Source: Cycas panzhihuaensis
Lineage: Eukaryota; Plantae; Cycadophyta
Assembly (NCBI GenBank): GCA_023213395.1
Contig: CM041465.1
Coordinates: forward strand, 21,886,001-21,950,000
Reading direction: 5' to 3'
Length of the DNA stretch: 64,000 nt
Both the position numbers and the translations under genes were made by a program. Positions 23,701 to 35,868 of this stretch are shown in pieces. Positions within the stretch are counted from its first letter, which is position 1; the number at the start of each line of letters is the position of its first letter. Below the pieces are notes generated by a model. The model saw only the letters and a list, made by a program, of their open reading frames with translations, was not told the origin of the DNA and made no database searches.

Positions 23701-24138
23701 TTCAGTAAAACAAATAAATGAACCTCATGCAAGATGAGAAAGAGGGGGTGCACCTTCCCATGGGGGAGCCTCAATAACTCTTATAAATGGACCAAGAGAT
23801 GAATGAGATATAATAGGAAGGGAAGATATGACCAAAAGAGGTATGAAACATACTACAGTTCATGTGAATCAGGCTATGGAAGCCCGTGAGTACCCAAAGT
23901 TAGGAGGGAGATCACTTAGGCGCCATCATGCTATTAGACCAGAGTCCTAGTCATCATAGGCATAGAATCACACATATAAGAAAAGGATCAAACAGGCAGC
24001 TTAGGTAGTGAAATAACCATATATCCATAATACATTCCAATAATCATAAAATATAGATAGAGTGAAAGTGAAAGAATATGTATACCTAACCTTACCCATA
24101 TGGTGTCACTCCAATCTATTCCTGAAAGCTAGGAAACA
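20780..24138 (-). repeat. Element C 3' LTR (~3.36 kb)
   Basis: Minus strand TGTTTCCTAG...CACTTCCA; PPT CAAGGGGGTAA at 24139-24149 (minus). Confidence 0.85.
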
Positions 24139-24738
24139 TTACCCCCTTGGTAGTAGAACCTCATCACTCATAATTACTAGATGATGGTGAATTCTATTAA
24201 CATAAACTCATTAGTAAAAACATGCCTAGAGCTAGTGTGTCAGTGACTAAGGGAGGTAATAGGCATCACAACAAATCACATAGATGAGAAATGTGTGCTT
24301 AGGGGAGGAACAAAAGATAATTTCTAGCCAAACCTCTGGGTATAGAGCCCTAGACCTAAAACACATATGCAATGGAGGTGAAATGACGTAGGGGGATGCC
24401 CAAGGTGGAACTTAGGTAGGTACAAGTCTTGAAAGAGTGAAGTGGGATTGAAATCCCTGAGATAATCCAAGAAAATAAGAGTGGAGGAAATGAGGGAGTG
24501 TCTCATTACTCTAATATATAATAAAAATCAAATTGATAATATGATAAACATATAATAAAAACCAAGTTAACGATGTAATAAAGACTAGATCATGGATGAC
24601 ATAGAAATTAAACTAGAAAATAGTGTCTTAGTTACTATAGTTTAGCCTCATTAATAGCCTCTTTTTTGAGGTAAAAGAGTGATAAATAAAAGTAAGAGAA
24701 GGATGGTTGTCTAAAGGTTTCTAGGAAGAGCCAACCTA

Positions 24739-25170
24739 TTAGATTGCCCCAATGGGATCATCAAAGAGTAGGAGATGACACTTAAGAATGAGGCAAATTA
24801 GGCCATCCATTTTGGTATTCTGATCATAAGGGATATTCTGGATGTATACCAAAAGGAAAGAAGATAAGAGAGACCTAGTGGTCAAGGCAAGGGACCTTAG
24901 TTGGGGGTAAAGGACTAAGTAAACTTGAGTGAGTTGTAACACCATAACTTGAGAGTCACAATGGAGAATAATAGGACCATGATAGAAGTGAAGCATGTTT
25001 GTGAGAGCCTTAATAATGTCAGTATACTCCACTTAATTATTTATGGCTTTATGTAAGTATATCATGGAATATACGAGGTTATGTCTAGAAGGATCATAGA
25101 TGATCCAAGTGGTTGCAGAGGGTCCTGAGTTACCACAACTATCACCATCAGTGTAGATGAGGAGAACCAT
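24739..25170 (-). pseudogene. Stand-alone aRH of element C, frameshifted near 25033
   Basis: MVLLIYTDGDSCGNSGPS...KAINN / EYTDIIKAL...HCDSQV...NIPYDQNTKMDGL. Confidence 0.88.
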
Positions 25171-26430
25171 GGTACGAGAAGAGAGATAGGACTTGTAAAA
25201 GTAGATAGGAAGTATACAAGGTGAAAAGAAAGGGGGGGAAGCAAAGCTTGATTTTCTCATGATAACTTGAAAGGTAGACCATGAGAGGATAGGAGAGCCC
25301 TATGTGTAGGCTACTAGGCTCACGAAGGGCTCCCTTTATGGAAGGAGAAGAGTTATTGAGGAACAAGCTCATCAGTAGGGTTACAAAGTTTGTACGAGAC
25401 CAACAAGGGGGCTGGGATAAGGGGGAAGCCCTCGTTAGGAGCTCTAATAAGTTGAAACGATCACAAAATTAGGCTCAGTGTATTAAAATGAGTTTATAGA
25501 GTATAAACACTAATAGTTATTTGAGCAGCCAGAGAAGAGGGAGAAAAAGGCTCATATAGAAGCCAAAAAGGATGTTATAAATGCATGAACCATTGAGAAA
25601 AAGGAGTGTCTAGAGGAGGAACTGAGCTAGGACTCTGAAGGGACTAAAGGCAAACTAAAAAAGATAATCTAGGTGGCTCTTTCAAGATAGAGAAAGGATG
25701 CAATGCCCTAGGCAACCTTACTAATAAAAGGAGGGGGGAAGGATGAAAACATAACTCACTTTTATGTCCTTCTGATCGATCTTGAAGAAAGACCCTCCAA
25801 CCACCTCCTTTTACCACCTTGTGCACAGTTAGTGGAGGAGTTCTAATTGTTGGATTATTAAGCGAAGTTAATTGATAGGACTAGGACTGAGAGATGGTTA
25901 CGATCAGGCTCGATCTGATATGTCGATCTACCCCCGAACCTTAATTTTTAGCCATTTTCATTTATTAGTATTAAATACTAGGTAGGGCTTCTTAAGGCTA
26001 ATTTTAGGGCCATTGAGACCCATTTGAGGATCCAAAAGTGGCTGGACTGAGGCATTAAGGAGCCTTAGTGCACTTAAGTTGTAAAATTTTATTTTTATTT
26101 TATATTTTACTAAAGTTTGGCTAGGATGCCTCAGCCTTGTAAACTTGTTCACGTTGCCATGGATATCCTAACAGGCCAACAGATATATCTGTGGGGCTCG
26201 CTAATGTATTCACAATGCTATAGATATATTTATAGGGCCATGACTACATAAGGAAAAATAAAAGAAGAAATTTAATTAGTTTCTTAATTAATTTCTAATC
26301 ATTGCTATAGTTTGTTGATTTGAGAGAGGACTTGACTAACAAAAGGTGTAACTGGTTAACTAGCATTAGTTATTTAGATGTCTTGTAGCATGTTATCATA
26401 GTTGATAACTACAAGAACGATGGCTCACTT

Positions 26431-26678
26431 ATGGCAGGATTTGTTGCCTTGATGGATTAACGTGATAGGGCAATCCTAAGGAGGTGCAGGCTATTGAAGC
26501 TTATTCAGATGCCATAGTACACCTCAGACTAGGATTTGTTGTTAGATATTATTTCTCATTAGGACTGACAGAGATATGTCTTCCACCTCCCATTAGTGGA
26601 TGATGTTATGATCACTCTTGGTGGTGTTAAGACGATCCTATGGGTACCAACCAATAGCACACTAGTAGTCTTAGGCAC
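26431..26678 (+). pseudogene. Element C antisense PMD gene, 5' part
   Basis: DLLLDIISH*D*QRYVFHLPLVDDVMITLGGVKTILWVP matches the PMD N-terminal motif. Confidence 0.75.
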
Positions 26679-28085
26679 TGGAAGCATGCCTTTAGGGTGT
26701 CACTAAAGGTAAGGATGTCTAAGCCAATACTACAACTAAATAAGGGGTTTGAGGGTCTTAAAAGAGAGGATAGGTCATCCTCAAAGGACATCCACACATC
26801 AGAACATAGGTTCAGGGACCTACAAATAGTGCTTAAAACCTTCCTTTTAGATGAAGACCTTCTAGGATCTAGATTAGGAAAGGGCATCCTTAGTTTACCA
26901 AGTAGTCTAAAGGAGAGCTCTCCTATCCTAATGGTGAAAGGAAGGAGAGAAAAGGCCTTCTTTTAGAGAAGAGGCGAGAAGGAAAGGATGGTTCCTTGTG
27001 AAGTGGGAACCTAAAAGTAAGAGAAAGAAGTGGTTGGTTTAGGGGTAAGAGAAGATTTGGTGTATATATGAACCAAATCCAAAGGATAAGATTATTAGAG
27101 GATTGTATTTGGGGTTGCCTAAAGGGTGTGCCTTTAGGGTTTGAGCTAAATGTAATGTCTACTCAACTATGCATAGAGTTTAGATTGTACCCTTTATTCC
27201 AATTATGGGATGGAGTGGTAAAAAGACCAAGATATTGGTTTTGAAAAAGAATGTAAATAAACAATATAACTCTCTCTCTCTCTTAACCTTACTCTCTTTT
27301 CCTTTATTAGAAGTAGAAAAATTTAAGGAAGCAGGGTAAGAGAGAGAAAAGACATATATAATTTATGCAAGCTTTTCTTTTGGTGCAAGAAAGAAGATAC
27401 TTTCAACTAAATTACACTTTCTTAACCTAACCCTTGTGCACATGCATGCATGCGGAATGCAAAAGGATAATGTCAAGGGAGGGAAAGTTCTTACATTAGT
27501 TTACTCTCTTCTTTCCTAGAAAGAAAAAAGGGGATATACCTATTCACATCACTTTCCTATACTTATGCAAACAAGGGAGACAAGGGATGCCTTTGTAATT
27601 TCTATGTGGAAGAGGAGAAACGAGAGACAAGAATGCAAGTATATGCACATTCCTCTTAGTTTTACTTCCTATGAGTGTAAACACGCAAATGGTAGGCTAT
27701 AGTCCTCATGCAAGCATAAGCAAATTCCTTTTGGAAAAGGGGGGAGACAAAAGGGAAGAGAGAGAGTTATAAGGGGTGCACTAGGAAGTATGCTTGTGAG
27801 TGAGGTGCCACACTATTCTTCTCGCCTTTTCCCTTATTTATAGCTTCACGCTCCAAGTTATGGTGGGTGTCATAGATGAAGCTTTGAGAGGGGCTCCCTT
27901 ACCTTCCCCAAAGTATTTATGTAACAAGAAACTTGATAAGAGAAGCCAAAGAAAAATAAATACCCAAAAGAAGAGACGCACCTCTTTATGGTAACATGAT
28001 CTTACTTGTTTGGGAGAAGCCTTACCTTTTATCCAAGTGAAACCTTTTAACAACCAATAAGTGCATGCATATCTATATATCTATA

Positions 28086-28120
<35 letters not shown>

Positions 28121-29910
28121 ATATATAATGGTACGTGTATGTGCCTTATCAAAGTGGGGATGAAGTTTACTTTGTATCCCAAAAGAAATAAATGAAACAA
28201 TATGTGATTTTTCCTTCATAATGTCTCATAAAAGATCTATGGGAAAAAAGAGGGATTTAAGGGTGAAGAAGGAGGTAGCCTTGGAATGGCTAGCTCTCAC
28301 AAGCAACTCACCTCCTATATGCTTGGGTATCACATAGATGAATTAGATGGAAATCAAGAGCTTAAAGTAAGTTAGAATCAAAATAACTTGCAAGAAATTC
28401 GAAATGCTACAAAAGTTGCTAATGTTGTAAAGTTTACAAAACATGCAAAAAATGTAAATATTATGAAAGGAAGGGCAAACCATGGAGATTATTAATAATC
28501 ATATATATATATATATATATGAGCTAAATGCAATTGTTGCAAGTGTTACAAATACTGTAATCAAGGGTGAGACTCATACTCAAGGGGATACCCAAGCTTA
28601 TAGAGTAGATATAATGTAGGAAACCTTAAGAAGTAGGGGCTTCCCTTTAGGATATGGCATTAAGAGTTAGAACTCTAGCCATTTACTCCTATTTCCCTTC
28701 TCACAGGTGTCCTAAATCCATCCAACTGTTAGCTAAAGGGGACCCAAGGGTTTGAGGATGAGAAACAATGAGCAAAGGTAGGTTTTGCCTTCCTTTGGCT
28801 ATCAAAAGTGGAGTAAAAGTATGCACCAAAAAATATAATAAGAGATTCAACTAATAAAATAAGTTTTCTAAAGGAAGAGTAGTAGAAAAAAAGCCAATTT
28901 TTAGCTACAAAAATCAAACAAACCAAATGTTACCTCATAGATCAAGCATGGAGAGCTAGAAACCCTACTTTTAGGGTGAAGAAAGACTCCTTTGGAGAAG
29001 AAGAAAGATCTTAAAGCTATGAGATCTTGTTGTTGCTTCTTGGTTGAGCACTAGGAGGAGAGAATCCTATTTGGAAAGACCTAGTTCAAACCTATGAATT
29101 AGGGTTTCTCCTTTGCTGAGCTTGGAGGATGAAGAAAAGAGCCAAAGTAGGAGAAAAGAGGCATTTTTTATGTGTGAGAGAGAGCAAATAAATTTAAAAT
29201 TAGGTTTTTATATCCCAATTAGGCTTTTAAGTGATTAGGGTTCTATCTGGTTGGGAAAAAGTGCTATACCACATGTCAATTTTATAATAAATTTAAAATT
29301 GGTTGTTATCTAGCTACGACAGTTTATGGATAGTTGCCTCATAGTAAACTTTGTGATACCATGATTATTGACATGGTGTGAGAGAAACATAGGAAAAAAT
29401 GAAAAGAAAACCTGTAAAATCCCCAAAAGATCAGTCTCAGGGTGTAAGAGTATGATTTGCTAGACTAGTAAGGGTCTTAAAGGACTCTAGGTAGTAGTGA
29501 GATCTTCCAACTATATAAAAAGGTGGATAAACAAGGCCCAATAAGGATGCAAAAATGTGCAAATAGATAAATAAGATAAAAGGATACCTTAGGGACCATG
29601 TAAGAGGCCAAAAATAAGTGAAAGTTGGCTACCAATGCTTGCAAGTACTTGAGAGTGCTAGGAGGTATCTTTTGGAGAGATGTAGTACCATAGGACCATG
29701 GTCCTAAGTTGTCATAGGCTAGATCATAGTCATAGGTGCAAAGTAGGCAAGCATACCACACATCAACACATCTTGTGTAATGATGTCACATTAATGAAAC
29801 CACAAAGCATCTCACCACACCATAAAGTGAATAGGGAAAAGGGTAGAGATGTATACTTATGCTTTACCTAAGAAGTGTTATCCATGCCGATTCCCAGCCA
29901 CTGGGAAACA
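26679..29910 (-). repeat. Element D 3' LTR
   Basis: Minus strand TGTTTCCCAG...GCTTCCA; PPT CAAGGGGGTAG at 29911-29921 (minus). Confidence 0.92.
28069..28127. repeat. (TATC)n/(TA)n microsatellite in element D 3' LTR
   Basis: Read directly from the sequence. Confidence 0.9.
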
Positions 29911-30402
29911 CTACCCCCTTGGTAGTAAAGACTCATCGCTTGGGAGCATCTGGTGATGGTGAATGTTGTCAATATAAAAGAGTCAATATCATCTACCAAT
30001 ACAATTACTTTGTCCAAGAGGAGTGGCAAGTGTCACAAAAAATTGCATGGATAGGGAAAGAAATAGAGTAGTCTGGGGGCTGCCCATATGTCACCCAAGA
30101 ATGTAACATGAAAGAATGGGGGGATGAGGGGGTGCCCCCATCACTCATATGTGTAATATGAGTATTATACAAGGTAGTGGGCATAATCAACAAGCAGATA
30201 TGAACTAAAAATCTATGCATATAGAAATTCAATGTGTAGAAGCATTATGCCATGGGTGGTATGAAGGTAGAGTGAAGCATCAAACTTGTGGTTACCATAG
30301 TTTTACCTCATTAGTGGCCTACTTTCGAAGGTACAAGGATAATCATAATGAAAAAGGAGGATGGTCTACATGTTTGGATGATGATCCATCCCATTAGGTT
30401 AC

Positions 30403-30825
30403 CTAGGGAGGATCATCCAGGAGGGGGAGATAGTACTCAAGGATGTGGTGAACTAGGCTATCTGTGTCAACATTTAGATTTCGAGGAATGTGATAGACAT
30501 CCACAAAGGAAAAGATAGATAATAGGGACCTGGATGTCGAATCAAGGGCTCTTAATCATGGGCAATGCACTTGGTAAACCTGGGTTAGTTGTGACATAAT
30601 GATCTGGGAGTCACAATGGAGGATGATGGGGTTATGGTAAAAGTAGAGTGCATCGATAAGGGCTTCGATAATGGTTGTGTACTCAGCCTCATTATTTGTA
30701 GCCTTAGGTAGGTAGACTCCAAAGTGTATGTAGTCATTTCCAAAGGGATCCCAGAGGATCCACATGGCTAGAGAAGGTCCCAAGTTGCCACAACTACCAC
30801 CATCAGTGAAAATGAGTAATGCCAT
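30403..30825 (-). pseudogene. Stand-alone aRH of element D
   Basis: MALLIFTDGGSCGNLGPS...KATNNEAEYTTIIEAL...HCDSQII...HIPR...DSL. Confidence 0.9.
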
Positions 30826-32107
30826 GGTGAGAAGAAGGGACTTTAGATTAGATCAGAAAAGGAGTGGTAGTGGCAGTGTCAAGGTAGATAAAGGGTAGCA
30901 ACGGGGCTACAATGGCTTGGAAGGGCTAGATATATTAGTCATAAGAGGATAGAAGAGCCTTGGAGGCAGGCTACTAGGCTCAAGGAAGGCTTGCCCAATA
31001 GCAATGCAAGAAAGAACTAGTAAATATGCTCTTTTGGTGCCCCTGGGGGTCATAGAAGGGCCAATGAGGCCTAGAAGGGAGGAGAAGCTTTCCCTAGGAG
31101 CCTTAGAGGCTCAATCAGATGGAAAAAATAGATCTAAGATACTTAAATGAGCCAAAGAAGTATAAACGTAGGCATGTTTTGGAGCAACATAAAAATTAAG
31201 ATGAAAGGACCTCTAAGGAGCTAGAGGGGTCCATCATAAATATGCAAAAAATAGGTAAAAAGGGAGATGCAAGAGAAGAATAGGGATCAAACCTTAAAGT
31301 CAAAGAGGATGAGGACAAAAAATTGATCTTAAGGGTTGTCACACCAAAGAAAATAAAGATGGTACTTAGGGAGGCTCTGTGAATAAAAAGAGGTGAAAGG
31401 GTAAAAATAGGTTTCATTTTCACAGGTCCCTTGAGAGATCTGGAGCCTTCCCTTATGAGTAACAAGGCCTTTCCACCTTACAAGAGCATGTACTAGAAGT
31501 TCTGACCATTAGATCAGAGTCAAGAGACAACCATTAGGACTAAGATGACAAGATGGCTATGATCATACTAGATTTAGTGAGTGGATCATACCTTTATCTT
31601 TTCATTTCATCATTTCTATTTAATGCCATTTTTTATAAGTTTTAGGCCCCATGAGGACAATGAGGATCTCCTAGACCTTATAAAAGGCCCAAGGGAGGTT
31701 AGAACTAGGGCATTAGGTAGCCCTAATCCCAATGGACTGAGCCAAACCTACTCTAGATAAAAATTTTAGATTTTTAGGGCCACCCTCCTCTTTTTGCGGG
31801 GGTACCCATAGCCTCGTAGTATTTATCACAGTGCTGCAAAGTTTACGGTAGGGCCTGTTGAGAGTATAGAATTTCTCAATGGGGCTCACATCAATATATG
31901 TAGTATCATAGATATTTATATAGGGCAAAGGCCACCCAGGGGAAAAAGAATAAAAATGGATAGGTTGGATGGATTTGTCCTATTTGAAGGAGCTCCAACC
32001 ATCCAGAGGAAAGGATGATACATGGCAATAAGGTGCAGATAGGTTTCTAACTAGTGATTTGGTGTTTATAGGTTATTCTTATAGTTGACAACTGTGAGAA
32101 CACAAGG

Positions 32108-34000
32108 ATGGCCATGATGAGTTTCATATAGATGATGACTAGACAAGAGAGGACCACTCTATAGTGTTGCAAGCTACTAAAGGTGATTAAGACCCTGTAG
32201 TATGCATTAGATTAATGATTACCGGTTGATGTTACATCCCATTGGGATAGGAGGAGGCACATGTTCCCTCCATCTCCCACAGGTGGGGGATATTACTATC
32301 ATACCTAGGGACATTTAGAGGATTTTTGGGGTGTCAACTAAAGGTATGCTAGCTTCACTAAGCACTCTACCTAGCATTGATGCTTCTCACAAGGAAGTAA
32401 ACAGGTTTTTTATAGGGAGGAGCTGATAGTGTTGGTGAGAAGTATCAATTCAAGTTATGGTACTTTCTAGAGTTTCTCAAGTGAGGAAACTCATACATTG
32501 TCTATTCTATTCTAAATATCCTAAAATCAAAACTACAGGGACATTCCCAGAGGTTGGATGGCAACAATCTGGTGGTGTGAGACTAGGGAAAGGTTTGACT
32601 GGGATGCTTTGATATTAGCTAACATAGTAGCATAGTTAGACCAGATGAGAGGAGTTAGAAGAGGAGGCTTTTCATATTACACATTGCTCCAGTGCTATTT
32701 TTTTTATCACTTTAGGGTAGTGGCACCAGTAGGAGGACCTCATCGCATATCGACTAGGGCTCTAACAATTCATTGATGGTAAACTAGGTTCAAGGGCACC
32801 GAGGACCAAGTAAATGTGAGTTATTTTGTGGCAGCTACATCGTTGGATCTCATTACCCTTATAGACTATACAATAGACCCATATCAAGTGATCCACTAGG
32901 AGAGTGATGACGAGGGAGGAGATCTAGGGGATGAGCCTGATAAGTGAGGTGATAAGGATGGTGGCGATGGCAGAGATGATGCAGGGCTATCTAGGCTAGG
33001 AGGAGGAGATGGAGGACCACCGGGACCAACATGAGGAGAGAGAGCTACAAGAAGATTTTTAGTAGTAGCTATGGCCATAGTGGCGGCAACAGAGGTAGTG
33101 ATAGCTACAACAGATTGAGGGATCCTTAGAGAGGAGGGAGTTGAGGGAGGAAATACCCCGACATCCCATGAGGTAGGCAAGGAGGTAGTGTCCGGGGTTG
33201 AGGAGGTTGAGGTAGTGGCAAAGGGACCTATAGTAGAGGAGGATATCATCTGAGCAGAGGAACCAATCATCCCAGGAGGTAAGACTCTCCCTTGACTCCA
33301 ACTTTTATTTGATCATTCATTGCTTCTATAGATGATTATACTTATATTTTGATGCTTTTATATATACTCTTATATTGACAAATAGTATGCATGGCTTAGT
33401 AGAAGATGTTAATATGGAAAGGCTACTAGAGGTAGTAGTCCATGAGTTATTCCCACGAGTCTACAAGGAGGGATAGCCTTTGATTATGGAGAGTAAGGAG
33501 CCTCAATCGACAGGGCCATAAATAATAGCATTCACCCCTTTGACTCAGACTAGAGACATATGGGTGGTGGAGTCCCAAGAGCTCCACACAAGGGTTAGCC
33601 ATCTGTAGGGCACCCAAGATGATGTACAGGTAGAGAGAGACCAACTGGTGGTGGAGAGAGATGCTCTATAGGGCCAGATACAAGGGTTGGAGGCTCAACT
33701 AGGAGAAGTAAGAGGTAACACTGGGAGTTGAGTCTAGGTTACCGTGCTAGATGAGAGACTCCATAGGGTAGAGAGGGAGCGAGACCACCTCACAACTAAG
33801 ATGGATTATCTCTATGACCAATATGACTAGTTGGTCAACTAGATAGTAGCCAGGTCATTGAATAGTAAGATGCACATGACCACAAAAACCCAGAGGAGAC
33901 CCAGGGATGAGGAGAGTGAGGTAGGAACATCACAACAATACTAGAGGAGCCTCAGAGGGATGTGATCCCCTAGTGAGGGATTTAATAAACGAGGGGATAA
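32108..34000 (+). pseudogene. Element D antisense accessory gene: PMD + acidic/Gly linker + intron + coiled coil (uninterrupted copy)
   Basis: DVTSHWDRRRHMF..HLPQVGDITIIPRDI; FDWDALILANIVA*LDQMRGVRRGGFSYYTLLQCYFFYHF matches the PMD W...LA....L....GG...LLQ.W block; 3' end approximate. Confidence 0.78.
33279..33402 (+). other. Putative intron in element D PMD gene
   Basis: CCCAGGAG|GTAAGA ... TTAGTAG|AAGATG, 124 bp, AT-rich; flanking exons align with copies A and C. Confidence 0.62.
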
Positions 34001-35138
34001 TACCCCTTGAGGATATTGTATCTAGGATATTTGTACATTATGTATTTTGATAAGAAAGCTTCAGATATTTAGGGAGTTTTCACCACATGTAGATATATGA
34101 TTATACTTCTCCCTGCAAGGATTATGACTTCTTAGGGAATATTACTTACATTATGTACCATATGATTCTAATGTACCATATGATTTTGTACATATATAGA
34201 CAAGGGGCCCATTGGTATCCCATTTTGGTGCATGATGATGTGGTTATATATCCATGATGCTATTATTTTGTTTGTTATGTAATGTGTTTATTTGTATGCT
34301 ATGTAGAGATGGATGGTCATGAGCATATATGGATATGGGTATACGGTTGCACGAGGGATTATGCACTTAGATAGCTTTGATTTGATTGTTATCTTAGGGG
34401 CTTATTGTATTATATATAGATGGTACTCATGTGCTTCCTTTCATGCGATGCCACACTCGTACTAGGCACACACACACACACACCACATATATAGATGATG
34501 GTTATATATAAGGCTAGAGGAGAGTGCCATGTATGTTCCTCAAAGGGAGCATGATGAATATGTAAAGGAAGCACCAATGAGAGGTACAAACACCCTAACA
34601 AAAGGGCCTAGGTTGGGAAGTAACTCCATTCTTAAGAGCGAAGGAGGTTTGCTTACCCAACTAGGAAAAAAGAGAAGATCTCCTTCAGGAAGGAGACAAA
34701 AAGATATGATACTAGTGACAAAATCCAAAGGATAGAAGACCACTCTAAATGATCATTAAACCTTTGGCTAGGAAGAGTAATGATAAGCCTAGAATGGTAG
34801 TTTAGGCTTATTTTGGAGTGAGAAGGGGAGGGTGTGATCATTCTACTAAGGAGTAGAAAGGGTCATATATAAAACTTCTTTAGAGGCTTGTCGTTCACAG
34901 CCTTCTAAAATTTGAGGCCTTCCAAAGTTGCTATCTTGTATATGCTATTATTGAGCCTCTTGAGAATGATGAAAGGATCAACCCACTTAGGGACAAACTT
35001 GGATAGGTGATCATGAAGGTACTTGAGCTTAAGGATATGGTCCCTTGGGTTTAGAGGGAAAGGGAAAAGATATTTATCATACTTTCTTCGTGCTCTAGCC
35101 TTGGAGACGAGGTTTTCTTGGTAAGCCATCAAGCGTTT

Positions 35139-35436
35139 TGAAAAGAGTGGATCTATCCTTCATCTCCATGCACTAAACACAAAGGCAAACATGGGAGTAA
35201 GAGAGACTTAAGAGAAATAAAGTAGCTCTCACAAAATGGGGAGGTAAGAATGAATCTCCTCCATTAAACTTTTACTTTTATATTGAGAGAGGGAGCATTA
35301 GAGTTAGGTGAAATGAAATTACACATAATACACATGAAAGTACATTTCACTTAAGTGATCTAATTTAAAGTTCACTTAAGACCCTTTTTAGAAATAATCA
35401 ACTAATGTAATAACCTTGTAACATTAACCCTTTCTA
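35139..35436 (-). repeat. Copia-2 3' LTR
   Basis: Direct repeat of 42435-42731; PPT AAGGGGGGAAT at 35437-35447 (minus). Confidence 0.93.
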
Positions 35437-35868
35437 ATTCCCCCCTTAATGGTAGAAGGTCATTTCATCCTATTTTATTCTATCCTATGAGGTCTTCATT
35501 TGAGCCTCTTCTAAAACAAACTACTATGACACTTTTGTGGGAAACCCTCATGGGAAAGAAAACCCATAAATTTTCTAATCTACTAACCTGGCTCAGGCGG
35601 CTCTTTAAATGAAGCTAGATAGCCAATCAGTACAATGAATTTTGTAGCTAAAATCTACTGAGTCTCCATATACCATTTGGTCATCCCCCATGCCCTTTTG
35701 GGTTTTCACAGGTTTTGATTTTCCAAAATGATACAACCCTTATCCTTTGGTACCCACAAGGGGTTTTCATGAATGGAATAGAGCAGAGAATTACTCTTAT
35801 CCTTTGCACCCACAAGGGGTTTTCATGAATGAGACAGAGTATGATGGTCCTATTGTTATCTCCTTTAA

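Noticed and set aside
20780-24138. Solo LTR
   Set aside because: A PPT and internal sequence abut it, and there is no TSD at 24139.
26627-27994. ORFs repeated at 49360-50612
   Set aside because: Shared only because they lie in the LTR pair of D; no recognisable protein motifs.
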